Both the position numbers and the translations under genes were made by a program. Below are positions 28,617 through 39,291 of a DNA stretch of 64,000 nucleotides, piece after piece; position 1 is the first letter of the stretch, and each line of letters opens with the position of its first letter. Source of the stretch: Nostoc sp. DedSLP01 (lineage in GTDB: Bacteria > Cyanobacteriota > Cyanobacteriia > Cyanobacteriales > Nostocaceae); assembly GCA_034530875.2 (NCBI GenBank), contig JAVRCJ020000026.1:42672-106671 (forward strand), read 5' to 3'. Under the pieces are notes generated by a model. The model did no database searches, was not told the origin of the DNA, and saw only the letters and a program-made list of their open reading frames with translations.

Positions 28617-28821
28617 GTAATTCGTAATTCGTAATTAAAAATTCTGTTGGAGTCTGTAACCTCTACAGGTTGACTCATTATGTTTGGGTCTAAATCCCCA
28701 TACATACGGTAATTAGAATTCCCATAGGGAAACTTAGAACAACAAACCAATTGAATTGCCCCTACTTAAATAAACTGCTCTGTCCCTCAATTACGAATTA
28801 CGAATTACGAATTACGAATTA
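28617..28821. repeat. Inverted STRR heptamer blocks (TAATTCG)n ... (CGAATTA)n
   Basis: Tandem heptamers at both ends of the intergenic region. Confidence 0.8.
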
Positions 28822-30314
28822 TTCCTATTGTCTATTTGGGCGCGTTGCAGACTTCCGGAAAAGTCAACATAAACGCTTTTCCATTCTGTGAATACATCTA
28901 AAGCAGTGATGCCAGCTTCGCGGTGTCCGTTGCCGGTTTGTTTGACGCCACCAAAAGGCAAGTGTACTTCTGCACCAATGGTAGGGCCGTTAATATAAGT
29001 GATACCTGCTTCGATGTCGCGCATAGCAGTAAAAGCGCGGTTGATATCGCGGGTATAAACTGAAGAAGAAAGACCGTAATTGGTATCATTGACAATGGCG
29101 ATCGCTTCTTCAAAAGAACTCACCTCAATCAATACCACCACCGGGCCGAATATCTCTTCACGGGCAACCCGCATGTTGGGAGTTACCTCATCCAAAATAG
29201 TCGGTTGAAAGAAGTAACCATTTTTTAATTCCCCAGCAGATGCGATTTCCCCACCAATTAAAACTTTTGCTCCTTCCTCGCGGGCAATATCTAAATATTT
29301 GCTTACCTGTAGGAGTTGCTTTTCATTGATTATCGGCCCGATATCTGTATCTGGGTCATTACCAGCACCCAAGCGTAATTTACTGGCACGCTCGTAAAGC
29401 ATAGCAGTAAATTTTTCTTTAATATCGCGATGCAAAATTAGCCGACTCGTAGCCGTACAGCGTTGACCGGTTGTGCCAAAAGCACCCCACACCGCACCAT
29501 CTAAAGCCAGTTCTAAATCGGCATCTTCCATTACCACTTGAGCGTTTTTGCCGCCCATTTCCAAACAAACGCGCTTGTGAGTGCGCCCGCAAGTCTCGCC
29601 CACAAAAGCACCGGTTTGGGAAGAACCAGTAAAGGACACCAAATCAACATCAGCATGTTCGACTAAAGCTTTTCCTACCTCTTCCCCCACACCATGCACC
29701 AGGTTAATTACTCCTGGCGGTAAACCTGCTTGTTGAAAAATTTCAATTAATTTAGTTGCACAGGCAGATGTATCTTCAGCAGGTTTGAGAATGACTGTAT
29801 TACCACACACCAAGGCTGGCATAGCTTTCCAGCAAGGAATTGCCACTGGGAAATTCCAAGGGGTAATTAAGGCGCAAACACCAATGGGCATTCGTACCGT
29901 CATCGCAAATTTATTGGGCATTTCCGAGGGTGTGGTTTGCCCAAAAAGTCGCCGTCCTTCACCAGCACTATAAAAAGCGCAGTCAATACCTTCTTGCACA
30001 TCTCCCCTAGCTTCTGTCAGGGGTTTACCCATTTCTCGGCTGATTAACTGGGCTAGTTCTTCTTTGTGTTCGAGTAATATTTCGCCTACACGAAAAATGT
30101 ATTCTGCCCTAGCTGGGGCTGGGACTTTGCGCCAACTTTGGTAGGCTTTGCGGGCGGCGGCTACGGCTGTATCTACATCCTGGGCTTGGGAACGGGGAAA
30201 TGTAGCAACGAGTTCGTTTTTGTCAGCAGGGTTACGGCTTTCAAGAATCGCTTCCCCTACAGCGGTCACCCATTGACCGTCTATGAAATTGCGGCAAGAT
30301 AGCGGAGTTATCAT
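28812..30314 (-). CDS. Aldehyde dehydrogenase (possibly aminoadipate-semialdehyde dehydrogenase)
   Basis: ITPWNFP, KPAE, FTGS, LEMGGKN, GQRCTA and EEIFGP. Confidence 0.92.
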   Translation of the reverse strand: MITPLSCRNFIDGQWVTAVGEAILESRNPADKNELVATFPRSQAQDVDTAVAAARKAYQSWRKVPAPARAEYIFRVGEILLEHKEELAQLISREMGKPLTEARGDVQEGIDCAFYSAGEGRRLFGQTTPSEMPNKFAMTVRMPIGVCALITPWNFPVAIPCWKAMPALVCGNTVILKPAEDTSACATKLIEIFQQAGLPPGVINLVHGVGEEVGKALVEHADVDLVSFTGSSQTGAFVGETCGRTHKRVCLEMGGKNAQVVMEDADLELALDGAVWGAFGTTGQRCTATSRLILHRDIKEKFTAMLYERASKLRLGAGNDPDTDIGPIINEKQLLQVSKYLDIAREEGAKVLIGGEIASAGELKNGYFFQPTILDEVTPNMRVAREEIFGPVVVLIEVSSFEEAIAIVNDTNYGLSSSVYTRDINRAFTAMRDIEAGITYINGPTIGAEVHLPFGGVKQTGNGHREAGITALDVFTEWKSVYVDFSGSLQRAQIDNRNNS

Positions 30315-30409
30315 CACAAACACCTCCGACTGATAATTCAGTGGATTTTGTGTACTAAGTGTGCTTGCTTTCTACGTTATCGTCAAGTCAGGAGTCAGAA
30401 TTCTTCCCC

Positions 30410-31132
30410 CTAAGGTACGAACGCCAAAACCCCCACAGGAGAACCGGAACCACCACGCAACCTCAGAATTCCAATCGCTAAAGTAGTACCTTTAGGTGGC
30501 AACCGATCCAAATTAGTCAGATTCTCTAATACAATACGCGGTTGTTCTAATATCAAGCGGTTAGTAGCAAAGGTGGTATCTTGTCCTGGGTCTACGCCAT
30601 GAGTATCAATTCCTACCCCAGCAATTTGCCGCTGCTCGAGTAAAAATTGGGTGGCATCTTTACTAAACCCTGGAAAGTGGCTAATTCCTTCTGCATCTTG
30701 ATTGAAGAACGCATTTTTATCAGACCACTTTTTTTGCCAACCCGTATTCAGTATAACTACTGAACCAGCAGCAATTTCACCGTGTTGTTCTTCCCAAGCT
30801 AAAACATCAGCGATCGCCAGGGCATAATCAAAGTTAGCTTTGACGGCTTGACGAATATCTATAACTACCGCAGGTACAACTAAAGACTGGGCTGGATACT
30901 GGTCAATTCCGATACTATGACTATAAAAACTATTAGGCGCGTTAATATGGGTGGCGCTATGTTCCCCCAAGGAAAAACGCCGCAGGTAGTAGCCATCGTT
31001 GTTCGATTCAGCTACAGTTTCAAATTCTACTGGTGGGTCACCAGGCCATTGGGGAATATCCAAGTCAATAACATGACTTAAGTGGATAACACGCCTATAG
31101 GTGATACTCTTTTGACTTTCGGGTTGTATCAT
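30410..31132 (-). CDS. Cyclase family protein (KynB-like metal-dependent hydrolase)
   Basis: PQWPGDP, HSATHINAP, GIDT, ENL and GSGSP. Confidence 0.88.
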   Translation of the reverse strand: MIQPESQKSITYRRVIHLSHVIDLDIPQWPGDPPVEFETVAESNNDGYYLRRFSLGEHSATHINAPNSFYSHSIGIDQYPAQSLVVPAVVIDIRQAVKANFDYALAIADVLAWEEQHGEIAAGSVVILNTGWQKKWSDKNAFFNQDAEGISHFPGFSKDATQFLLEQRQIAGVGIDTHGVDPGQDTTFATNRLILEQPRIVLENLTNLDRLPPKGTTLAIGILRLRGGSGSPVGVLAFVP

Positions 31133-31911
31133 CCCAGCCCTCTATATTGATTGCTAAAAGATTTCTCTCACAAGTGCGATGTTTAGCCTGGATTTTGTCA
31201 GAAGATGGAGACGGAATTGTTCTGCTAAATTCAGTTAAGTAATAATACAGTATCGCATTGCCGAGTGCGATCGCTGTAAATAATGCGCGCCTCCCTTGGA
31301 AGATCGCGTTCCGATATTATAAAAATATCTCCCTAGAGGGGGAAGAAAATTCTCAATAAATGCTCAAATTCTTTTCTAAGATGGCAAATTTACAAGCTTG
31401 CTGGTAATTTTGGCAGCAATAACAGCATAAAGAAAAGTATACACACTGAAAAACAGTTGCCAAATTAACATTGATGTGTTTTCATGGTCTGGAACTTTAA
31501 CAACTATTTTTCAGCAGCGGAGCGATCGCTACTTTCATAACAGAGCCAAATTTTACGCCGAATTCATATATATTTAGCGATACAATCCAGCTTTTTAAAG
31601 AGGACAATGGCGGATCTAAAGTTCTAGATACTTCGGCCACTAATTTTAAAACATCGTATTAAATTGACCGATGTACAACTGTATACGCCTACACATTCAT
31701 GAAAATCATTAATTATCAGGCAAAATAATGATGATTTTCCCGGAGGCAATCTATGGAAGTATTGACAATTGAAAATGATTGTTTGTATGCCCTGTAAAGG
31801 ATGCGGTCAAATTGCCAAAATTCATCAATCTTTAATAGTATTCTCGTATATATTTTTTAAACTATGAGGTAGAGTATAAGTCTTATATCTCTACATTTTA
31901 CGCAATTCTCC

Positions 31912-32460
31912 ATGTTCCGACAAACTGCTTTTGGCATCGCTTTAACTGCGCTTGTCCTAACTAGTGGATTAACAACTGTTCCGATACCGAATGATACTTC
32001 TACAAATACATCCACCCGTAATAAGCTGTTGTCGCTTTTTTCGAGTCAGGCTGCAATATCAACTCCTACTTTTAAACCTACCGAGTTAGAAAAATCTGTT
32101 TTTGACCAAATTAATCAATATCGAGCTTCTAAAGGGCTGCCAAAGTTGACTCTAAATGCAAATATCACACGGCAGGCCAGAATTCATAGTCAAAATATGG
32201 CTCGAGGTAAAACCCCATTTAGCCATCAGGGATTTGAAGGACGGGTAAACGCTATCCCTATTCGCTACAACAGCGCAGCGGAAAATGTCGCTTTCAACCG
32301 GGGATATAGCAATCCAGCGTCCGAAGCTGTTAGTGGCTGGATAAAAAGCCCCGGACATCTAAAAAATCTTAAAGGAAATTACAACCTGACTGGAATTGGC
32401 GTTGCTACTAATAGTCAAGGGGAAGTTTACCTGACACAATTATTTTTTCGCACTAGGTAA
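31912..32460 (+). CDS. Secreted CAP (SCP) domain protein
   Basis: Signal peptide, INQYR, HSQNMA, AENVA and W.KSPGH..N. Confidence 0.92.
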   Translation: MFRQTAFGIALTALVLTSGLTTVPIPNDTSTNTSTRNKLLSLFSSQAAISTPTFKPTELEKSVFDQINQYRASKGLPKLTLNANITRQARIHSQNMARGKTPFSHQGFEGRVNAIPIRYNSAAENVAFNRGYSNPASEAVSGWIKSPGHLKNLKGNYNLTGIGVATNSQGEVYLTQLFFRTR

Positions 32461-32549
32461 ATATAATTTTTGATATTTTTGCACAATAATAATCTAGTGT
32501 CTGACAAAAGTTTTGTCGGCTAGACAGTGCTCTTATTTTTGAACATTTC

Positions 32550-33179
32550 ATGACATTACAAGATTTTCAGGTGAGCGATCGCGACCTCAGTGACGCAGCC
32601 GTTGGAGAATATTTAGAATCAACGGCGATCGCAGTAGATACGGAAACGATGGGATTATTACCACAGCGCGATCGTTTGTGTCTAGTTCAGTTATGCAATC
32701 CACAAGGAAAAGTCACTGCAATCCGCATCGCTAAAGGACAAACTGACGCCCCAAACTTAAAAAAACTTCTTTCAGCAACGAATATTGTGAAAGTTTTTCA
32801 CTTTGCTCGTTTTGACCTTGCTACTTTGCGAGCCAATTTAGGGATTCACGTCCAGCCTGTTTTTTGTACCAAAATTGCTAGTAAGTTAGCCCGTACTTAC
32901 ACAAATCGCCACGGACTCAAAGATGTGGTGCAAGAACTAGAACAAGTAGAACTGGATAAAAGCGCACAAAGTTCGGATTGGGGTAACGCTGCCAATTTAT
33001 CTGAAGCTCAATTAAGTTATGCCGCTAATGATGTACGCTACTTACTTAGCGTCCAGCAAAAGCTCACAGAAATGCTCAAACGAGAAGAACGTTGGCAACT
33101 TGCTCAACAATGTTTTGAATTTCTGCCAACAATAGTTTCGCTAGATTTGCTGCAATTTAAAGATTTGTTTGAACATTAA
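32550..33179 (+). CDS. rnd: RNase D-like 3'-5' exonuclease
   Basis: DEDDy motifs: AVDTET, FHFARFD, SDW and YAANDV. Confidence 0.85.
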   Translation: MTLQDFQVSDRDLSDAAVGEYLESTAIAVDTETMGLLPQRDRLCLVQLCNPQGKVTAIRIAKGQTDAPNLKKLLSATNIVKVFHFARFDLATLRANLGIHVQPVFCTKIASKLARTYTNRHGLKDVVQELEQVELDKSAQSSDWGNAANLSEAQLSYAANDVRYLLSVQQKLTEMLKREERWQLAQQCFEFLPTIVSLDLLQFKDLFEH

Positions 33180-33256
33180 TTATTTGCCAAAAGGCAAACC
33201 AATCTAATTCGTAATTATATTAATAAATAGGCTTGAGCAACAGCCTTGTTAAGCCG

Positions 33257-33282
33257 ATCCCATCCCGAAAATAGGATGGGAT
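33257..33282. terminator. Hairpin between convergent genes
   Basis: ATCCCATCC-cgaaaata-GGATGGGAT. Confidence 0.55.
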
Positions 33283-33364
33283 TTGACATTAATTGTTGAC
33301 TGTTGACGCTTAACACTCATCATTCAACAGCCAACATTCAATCTTTTTCTAGATGATTCTTGGC

Positions 33365-34021
33365 CTAAGAACCTACATTAGAATCATCTGGATTTGCAGA
33401 TGTTCTAGATTCATTAATGCCTTGCTTGACGTCGCTAGCTTTATCTTGAATACCTTCCTTGAGATTGCTAGCTCCTTCTTGAATATTTTCCTTGAGGTTG
33501 CTAGCTCCTTCTTGAATATTTTCCTTCAGGTCGCTGGCTCCCTTTTTGAGACTTTCACCAAGACCAGGGCCTCCCTTTGGCTGATTTTCTGCATGGTTTT
33601 TGAGACGATCTACCACGTTGTAATCATCTGCACCAGCGGGAGTTTTTGATTCAATAATACCTTCGGTGGGACCGCCGATCGCCTTCCATGCGCCAAGACC
33701 ACCTTTGAGTTGAGACACATGTTCAAACCCACTAGAGCGAAGTTGTTGTGCAGCTTGGGCAGTTTCTTCATCACTAGCACCGTAAACATAAATATCACGG
33801 CTTCTATCCAAAGAAGCTGTTGCACGGTCTACCAATTCATCTATTGGCATAGGCATCGCTCCCATGATGTGACCTTCATTGTAGGTTCTGCGATCGCGCA
33901 CGTCCAATATTGTAAAAGCTGGTTCGCCCCATTCGAGACGAGACTTTAACGTATGAGCGTCAGATTGTGCTTCTATGGGTGGCTGTGGGGGAATGATCCC
34001 GCCTACTAAATTGTTTGTCAT
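33365..34021 (-). CDS. Rhodanese-domain protein with C-terminal LEA-like 11-mer repeats
   Basis: ILDVR...GHIMGA...LKGGLGAW, then about four ASNLKENIQEG-type repeats. Confidence 0.88.
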   Translation of the reverse strand: MTNNLVGGIIPPQPPIEAQSDAHTLKSRLEWGEPAFTILDVRDRRTYNEGHIMGAMPMPIDELVDRATASLDRSRDIYVYGASDEETAQAAQQLRSSGFEHVSQLKGGLGAWKAIGGPTEGIIESKTPAGADDYNVVDRLKNHAENQPKGGPGLGESLKKGASDLKENIQEGASNLKENIQEGASNLKEGIQDKASDVKQGINESRTSANPDDSNVGS

Positions 34022-34305
34022 AACTGTTTCCTACTGACGATATTAATAGCAATTTAACTAACAAAATATATTTAATTGCTCTTTCCCTAGTATGAATATA
34101 TTAAAAGTCTCTCCTCAGATAGAGTAAGTATTTTCAAAAATTTCTACCAATTAATAAATTGCAAATATACCAAATTAGAGCTATGGGAGAATTGATTAAT
34201 TTTTATTGAGAGGAATTGATTGCTAATCAATAATAATCCAGTATTAATTTTATACTGTGTTCGCTATTGCGATTTAGTTTTGAAAGTATTTTGAAATTTG
34301 AATTC

Positions 34306-35304
34306 TTAATCAGGATATAGCTTTTCAATATCGGCGATCGCTAACAATAACGTATCCTCAATCTTCTGCCGCATTCCAGGAGTTACATCAGCAGCAGTAT
34401 TGAGACAATCCACGAGCAATTTATTCACATCGTAGTATTTTTGTAGCAATTCTTTTTGTTGTCTGATAACTTTATCTGCTTTTTTTCTTGGTATCTCATC
34501 TAATCCATCTAGCAAAATCAGCAGTTTTCCATGAGCTAAAAGAGTTGTAGTTAATTCTTGTTCGACGCCGCAACTGAGAAATTATTGGCTGATATACTTA
34601 AATAAATTGAGTTCGCGATCGCTTTTGGCATCTTCAGCAAATTCTTTTAATCTAATAAAAGTTACTATGCGATTTGGCAGAAACTCACCTTGATTACACT
34701 CAATCGCTAAATATTGCAAAAATATAGTTTTACCGCACCCTGGTTTACCCAGCACCATCAATTTTGAGTGTCGCAATACAGCTTCAATTGGTGATAATTT
34801 TTTGCCATGTTTATATCTTATCAATCGATTAAAATTTGATTCAGATTTAAAGTCTTTTTCCAAGTCAGAAAATTCTCGCTATTGTTGATGATTTATCTCT
34901 TTTAATACATAAAAATTGGTGTAAATGTCTGCCAATTTAACTGTTTTAGAAACATCCAATATTTGTAAAAAATGACATTGATGTTGAATTTTATCTTGGC
35001 ACTTTTGGCGCAATTTTCACACCAATATATCGATATCGACATCTTTTGATTAGACTTTAGCAGTTACCTCAAATTCCAAATCTTCAGGTAAGCCAGCAAC
35101 TTTTTGCCAAGATAAACCTAACTGGTGACAAATTTGCACAGAACAAGAGCGAGACACGGATTCACCAGCAAAAAATTTGGAAACTGGTTGACGTGTAATA
35201 CCTAAAACTGCTGCTAATTTATGCTGACTCCTAGTTTTGTCTGTTAAAACTCTTTTAGCTGCCCTTACACCTTCTGCGGATGCTCTTAGTCCTTGGTTTG
35301 CCAT
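34306..35304 (-). pseudogene. Decayed HTH-NACHT (STAND) NTPase
   Basis: HTH-like N-terminus, Walker A GKPGCGKT, Walker B LLDGLDE and C-terminal YY..NKLLVDCL segment. Split by stops and a frameshift, with the middle missing. Confidence 0.85.
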
Positions 35305-36020
35305 AGTAACTCATAATTATAACCATCCATAAATGCAGCTAATCATCAAATATTAATTAGTACATTTTTTCTATTTGTATTAATTGATTAAGCCGCTCTT
35401 TCTATTAATTACGAATTACGTGGTACTTTGCCCTTGTCCGAGAATATTAAGCATTACTAATTTTCTGTTCGCTGCCTCAAGTTTAAACTTGTAGTATAGT
35501 ATATGCTTAAGAAGACAATTACATGTATATGCCCGTCGACTAATTCTTCCCAAGTCTTCTTCACCAGGGTGTATAGCTTGCTTACAGTACGCTAAGCAGT
35601 TAAAAATTTATAATCTAGATTGGCATACAGCTTAGTTTGTTAGCCTTTTTAGAAACTGAATGAATCAACTAGTGTGTTCCTTTACAAAGTTCTAGCGATG
35701 GCTGTTCCTTCTTGTGTGTCTTTGAGCTGTTTATGATGATGGAGATAATTTTGAATGGCACTTAATTCAGTGTATTAAGTTTAATTTTATACCATAAATT
35801 TCAAAATTATACCAAAATCATACAAGACTCATACAATTTCTAAGCATGACGATAGCTGAAGTTTTTATCGACTTCATGGAAAATTAATTGTAAACAAGTA
35901 CTACAGTAGCGATCGTACTCAGCAAAGAGCCAGTGTAAATCAACTTTCAATATCAACACCTAAAGCAAAACTGGCACAACAGCCAATTGCCCAACCAACA
36001 ATAGGCAGCAAAGCAGTATT

Positions 36021-36737
36021 ATGACTATCGTTACCGATACCACTCCGAAAATTCTCATAGTAGATGACGATTTCGGCGTCCGAAATCTTGTCTATCGTTT
36101 TTTAAGTCGGAAATATCAAATAGAATCAGCAGCAGACGGTAAGACTGCCTTATCGTTGTTTGAGCAATTCAACCCATCCTTGGTGATTTTGGATTGGAAT
36201 TTACCGGATGTTAATGGTTATAATCTTTGCCAAGAAATGCAGAGCCGCACTAATGTTCTAGTGATGATACTCACTAGTAGAACTGACGAGGCTGATAAAA
36301 TTAAAATTTTAGCCGCTGGTGCTGATGATTTCATGACTAAACCATTTAGTCTTGCAGAAGTGGAAGTGAGAGTAGAAGCTCTTTTGAGGCGGATACGCTA
36401 CATTAACCCCTCCCCAACACAACGTATCATCTTCAAGCAGCTAGCGATCAATCCAGAAGGCAGGGAAGTAACACTTAACGATAAACCCCTAGCCTTAACA
36501 GCTCTAGAATTTAATATCTTACATTTTTTAGCAAGCCATCCTAATCAAGCTTGGAGCCGTCCACAGCTCATCCAAAAAATTTGGGGTTGTGACTACGTAG
36601 GAGATGGACGAGTGGTTGACGTACACATTGGTCAGCTTCGTAAGAAGATGGAAATCGATGCCAGTGTCCCAGAATTTATTAAAACTGTACGCGGCTACGG
36701 TTACAAGTTTGAAGTACCTGAAGAAAATACTAATTAA
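36021..36737 (+). CDS. OmpR-family response regulator
   Basis: IVDDD, LDWNLP, KPF and a winged helix RVVDVHIGQLRKK...TVRGYGY. Confidence 0.95.
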   Translation: MTIVTDTTPKILIVDDDFGVRNLVYRFLSRKYQIESAADGKTALSLFEQFNPSLVILDWNLPDVNGYNLCQEMQSRTNVLVMILTSRTDEADKIKILAAGADDFMTKPFSLAEVEVRVEALLRRIRYINPSPTQRIIFKQLAINPEGREVTLNDKPLALTALEFNILHFLASHPNQAWSRPQLIQKIWGCDYVGDGRVVDVHIGQLRKKMEIDASVPEFIKTVRGYGYKFEVPEENTN

Positions 36738-36851
36738 TAAGTATTGGGCATGGGGCATGGGGCATTGGTTATTCCTTCCGCTGCTTCTCCTGCCCTTCTG
36801 CTCTCCATCTTCCCTATTTCCTACTTCCCGTATTTCACAGAAAGTACGAAT

Positions 36852-37478
36852 TCAGCGTAGAAAGCTAGTAACTAACCACAATAAAATAAAAGTCAGTACT
36901 GTAGAGAACTGATTAGATCCCAAATTTATTAATGGTATTTGTGGTAATAGCAAACTAGCAAGTACGCCCCCAGCAATTAAGCCAATTATTAAACTGACTA
37001 GAGTGAATAAAACTGCTCGACCAAATTTGCCTTCCTTGCGATTGAGAAAGTAAATACCGATACTTACCCCAACCACCAATGCTAATTGCAAAACCTGGTC
37101 GCCTCCCTCTGGGTAAAACAGACTAATAGCACTCAAACCAAGATACCAAGCTCCTGGTAAGAGTATGTCAGCAGGCGCTGGCTGGTCTAGGATTTGTTGC
37201 AGCCATACAGGTGAATTTTCGCGAGGGGTTTGAGTTTCTTTAGGAGGCGATTGTACTCGCAACTCTGGAAACCGGATACGTTCGGGAACTTTGATTTTAC
37301 CTTCCTGTCGCATCCGTAAGCGATCCATTAAAATCGCATCGTAAGCTGCTTCAATCACTTCTAGGTGCTTGGCATCGCCACTATGTTGCTCGAATAGACG
37401 ATTACGAGCATCCTGAATTTCATCGAAGGAAGCCTCTTCTGATACCCCAAGTTTTTCGTAGGGATTTTGATCGCTCAT
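36852..37478 (-). CDS. CPP1/CDF1-like J-like membrane protein (DUF3353)
   Basis: NPYEKLGVSEEASFDEIQ...IEAAYDAILMDRLR without an HPD motif, plus C-terminal TM helices. Confidence 0.88.
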   Translation of the reverse strand: MSDQNPYEKLGVSEEASFDEIQDARNRLFEQHSGDAKHLEVIEAAYDAILMDRLRMRQEGKIKVPERIRFPELRVQSPPKETQTPRENSPVWLQQILDQPAPADILLPGAWYLGLSAISLFYPEGGDQVLQLALVVGVSIGIYFLNRKEGKFGRAVLFTLVSLIIGLIAGGVLASLLLPQIPLINLGSNQFSTVLTFILLWLVTSFLR

Positions 37479-38170
37479 GGGAGTTTGTTACTTCAGCCTC
37501 AGTCAGCGGCGGTCTATTGTCTAAGAAAAAACAAATTTAGATTTTGTTTTCATCGAAACTAAATATTTCGACTTTACGTCTATGTCCTACCAGGATAGTA
37601 GCACGATTTAGTTCGATTGATTTTAAGATTTAGGCTATAGTCACTTTAACATATCACTATAACTCAGTGTATACCCTCATGTCGTTGCCCACTTCTGGCT
37701 CTAATCTAGAATTTGAACTCAATAGTACCTAAAACGCAGAGCTTTTATGAAAAAATTAACTTTACTGTTTCAGATTTGGCAACTTACCGTGCCTTAAGAG
37801 AGTTTTTTAATTATACTGATAATCGCTTGTGGTGTAGAACCACATATCGATTTAAAATTGAAACGTTTTAAGTTACCACCTAATTGGGATAAAAAGTATT
37901 AAAGTTTTACAAACCGCTGTGGTAAGGTTTGAACGTCTCTCTGGTAGGCAAAAAATTGACAGTTATAAGGCCTGCGCTCAATGCAGGGCTAAACTATAAG
38001 GTTTTCCAGAAGTTCCCGTTCTCATCGTCGATCGTCCTGATTACAGTATTAATTATTTGAATCATCAGGATTTTCATACCCTAGCTGTGTAGATTCTTAA
38101 TAACCCACAACGTGGCAACTGTGTTTTTACGCAACCTTCTTGTTAATCTTACGAACTTTTGTGCAAAGTG

Positions 38171-38896
38171 ATGGTCATGGCTCCTGCCAAGATTCTTGTT
38201 GTTGACGACGACCCTGCGGTTCGGAATTTAATTCAACGCTTCTTGATGAAGCAGAACTATCAGGTGGAGGCTGCCGAAGATGGAAAGACAGCCTTAACTC
38301 TATTTGAGCAATTTAACCCCGATCTGGTGATTCTAGATGTGAATTTACCAGATGTAATTGGGTTTAACCTCTGCCAAGAGATGCAAAGTCGTAATGGTGT
38401 TTTTGTATTGATGCTGACTAGTCGTGCCGACGAAGCTGACAAAATTCGCGGTTTTTCTAAAGGTGCTGATGACTATCTCACCAAGCCTTTTGGTTTGGGA
38501 GAGTTAGAAGTCAGAGTAGGAGCGATTTTGAGGCGTCAGCGAGTCATCACTACTGCCGAGCAGAAACGTTTGGTATTTGAAAAACTGATGATTGACCCAG
38601 TGCGCCGCGAGGTAGCGCTGAATAATCAACCAGTACCCTTAACTGCTTTAGAATTTGACTTATTGCATTTTTTAGCCAGCCATCCAGGTCGAGTTTGGCG
38701 GCGTGCAGAACTAATTCAAGAGGTGTGGGACTATGAATATGTCGGCGACCAGCGGGTTGTAGATGTACACATCGGTCAAATTCGTAAGAAGATTGAAATT
38801 GATGCTAGTCAGCCAGCATTAATTCAAACTGTACGCGGTGTAGGGTATAAGTTTGAATCTCCTGCTCACTCCCAACAGTTGGAAGCCAAGTCCTGA
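38171..38896 (+). CDS. OmpR-family response regulator (paralog of 36021)
   Basis: VVDDD, LDVNLP, KPF and RVVDVHIGQIRKK...TVRGVGY. Confidence 0.95.
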   Translation: MVMAPAKILVVDDDPAVRNLIQRFLMKQNYQVEAAEDGKTALTLFEQFNPDLVILDVNLPDVIGFNLCQEMQSRNGVFVLMLTSRADEADKIRGFSKGADDYLTKPFGLGELEVRVGAILRRQRVITTAEQKRLVFEKLMIDPVRREVALNNQPVPLTALEFDLLHFLASHPGRVWRRAELIQEVWDYEYVGDQRVVDVHIGQIRKKIEIDASQPALIQTVRGVGYKFESPAHSQQLEAKS

Positions 38897-39034
38897 GTCT
38901 ATAGTCTAGAGTTTTTTAACTCTTGACCGAAACAAGTTGGGATTTTAGATCTTGGATAAAATTTATTTTGCTTTCACAGCCACCACGAGGAATTGCCATA
39001 AGTTTAACAAACTTAAGCAAATTGGTGTGCCGTT

Positions 39035-39068
39035 TGTAGGGTAGCACAGCTAACTGTGCTACCCTACA
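39035..39068. repeat. REP-like perfect hairpin
   Basis: TGTAGGGTAGCACAG-ctaa-CTGTGCTACCCTACA. Confidence 0.8.
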
Positions 39069-39164
39069 TGTGTTGCATTTTTAGACTTTCAGTTTTAAAT
39101 TTTCAATCCAAAATTTGTTTTGAAAAGTTCGCCAGCACTGTGAGACCAGTTGCTTCTGTGAGAG

Positions 39165-39197
39165 AGTTTAGAGCGACGGTTACCGTCGCTCTAAACT
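39165..39197. repeat. Near-perfect palindrome with 16-bp arms
   Basis: AGTTTAGAGCGACGGT-t-ACCGTCGCTCTAAACT. Confidence 0.8.
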
Positions 39198-39291
39198 TTG
39201 CGCTTTTGAGGTCAGGCGCTGAGGTATCCCTGGCTCGACTTTTGGCAAAATCTTAAATTTAAATTTTGCTGAGTCGATGCAGTATTTATAT

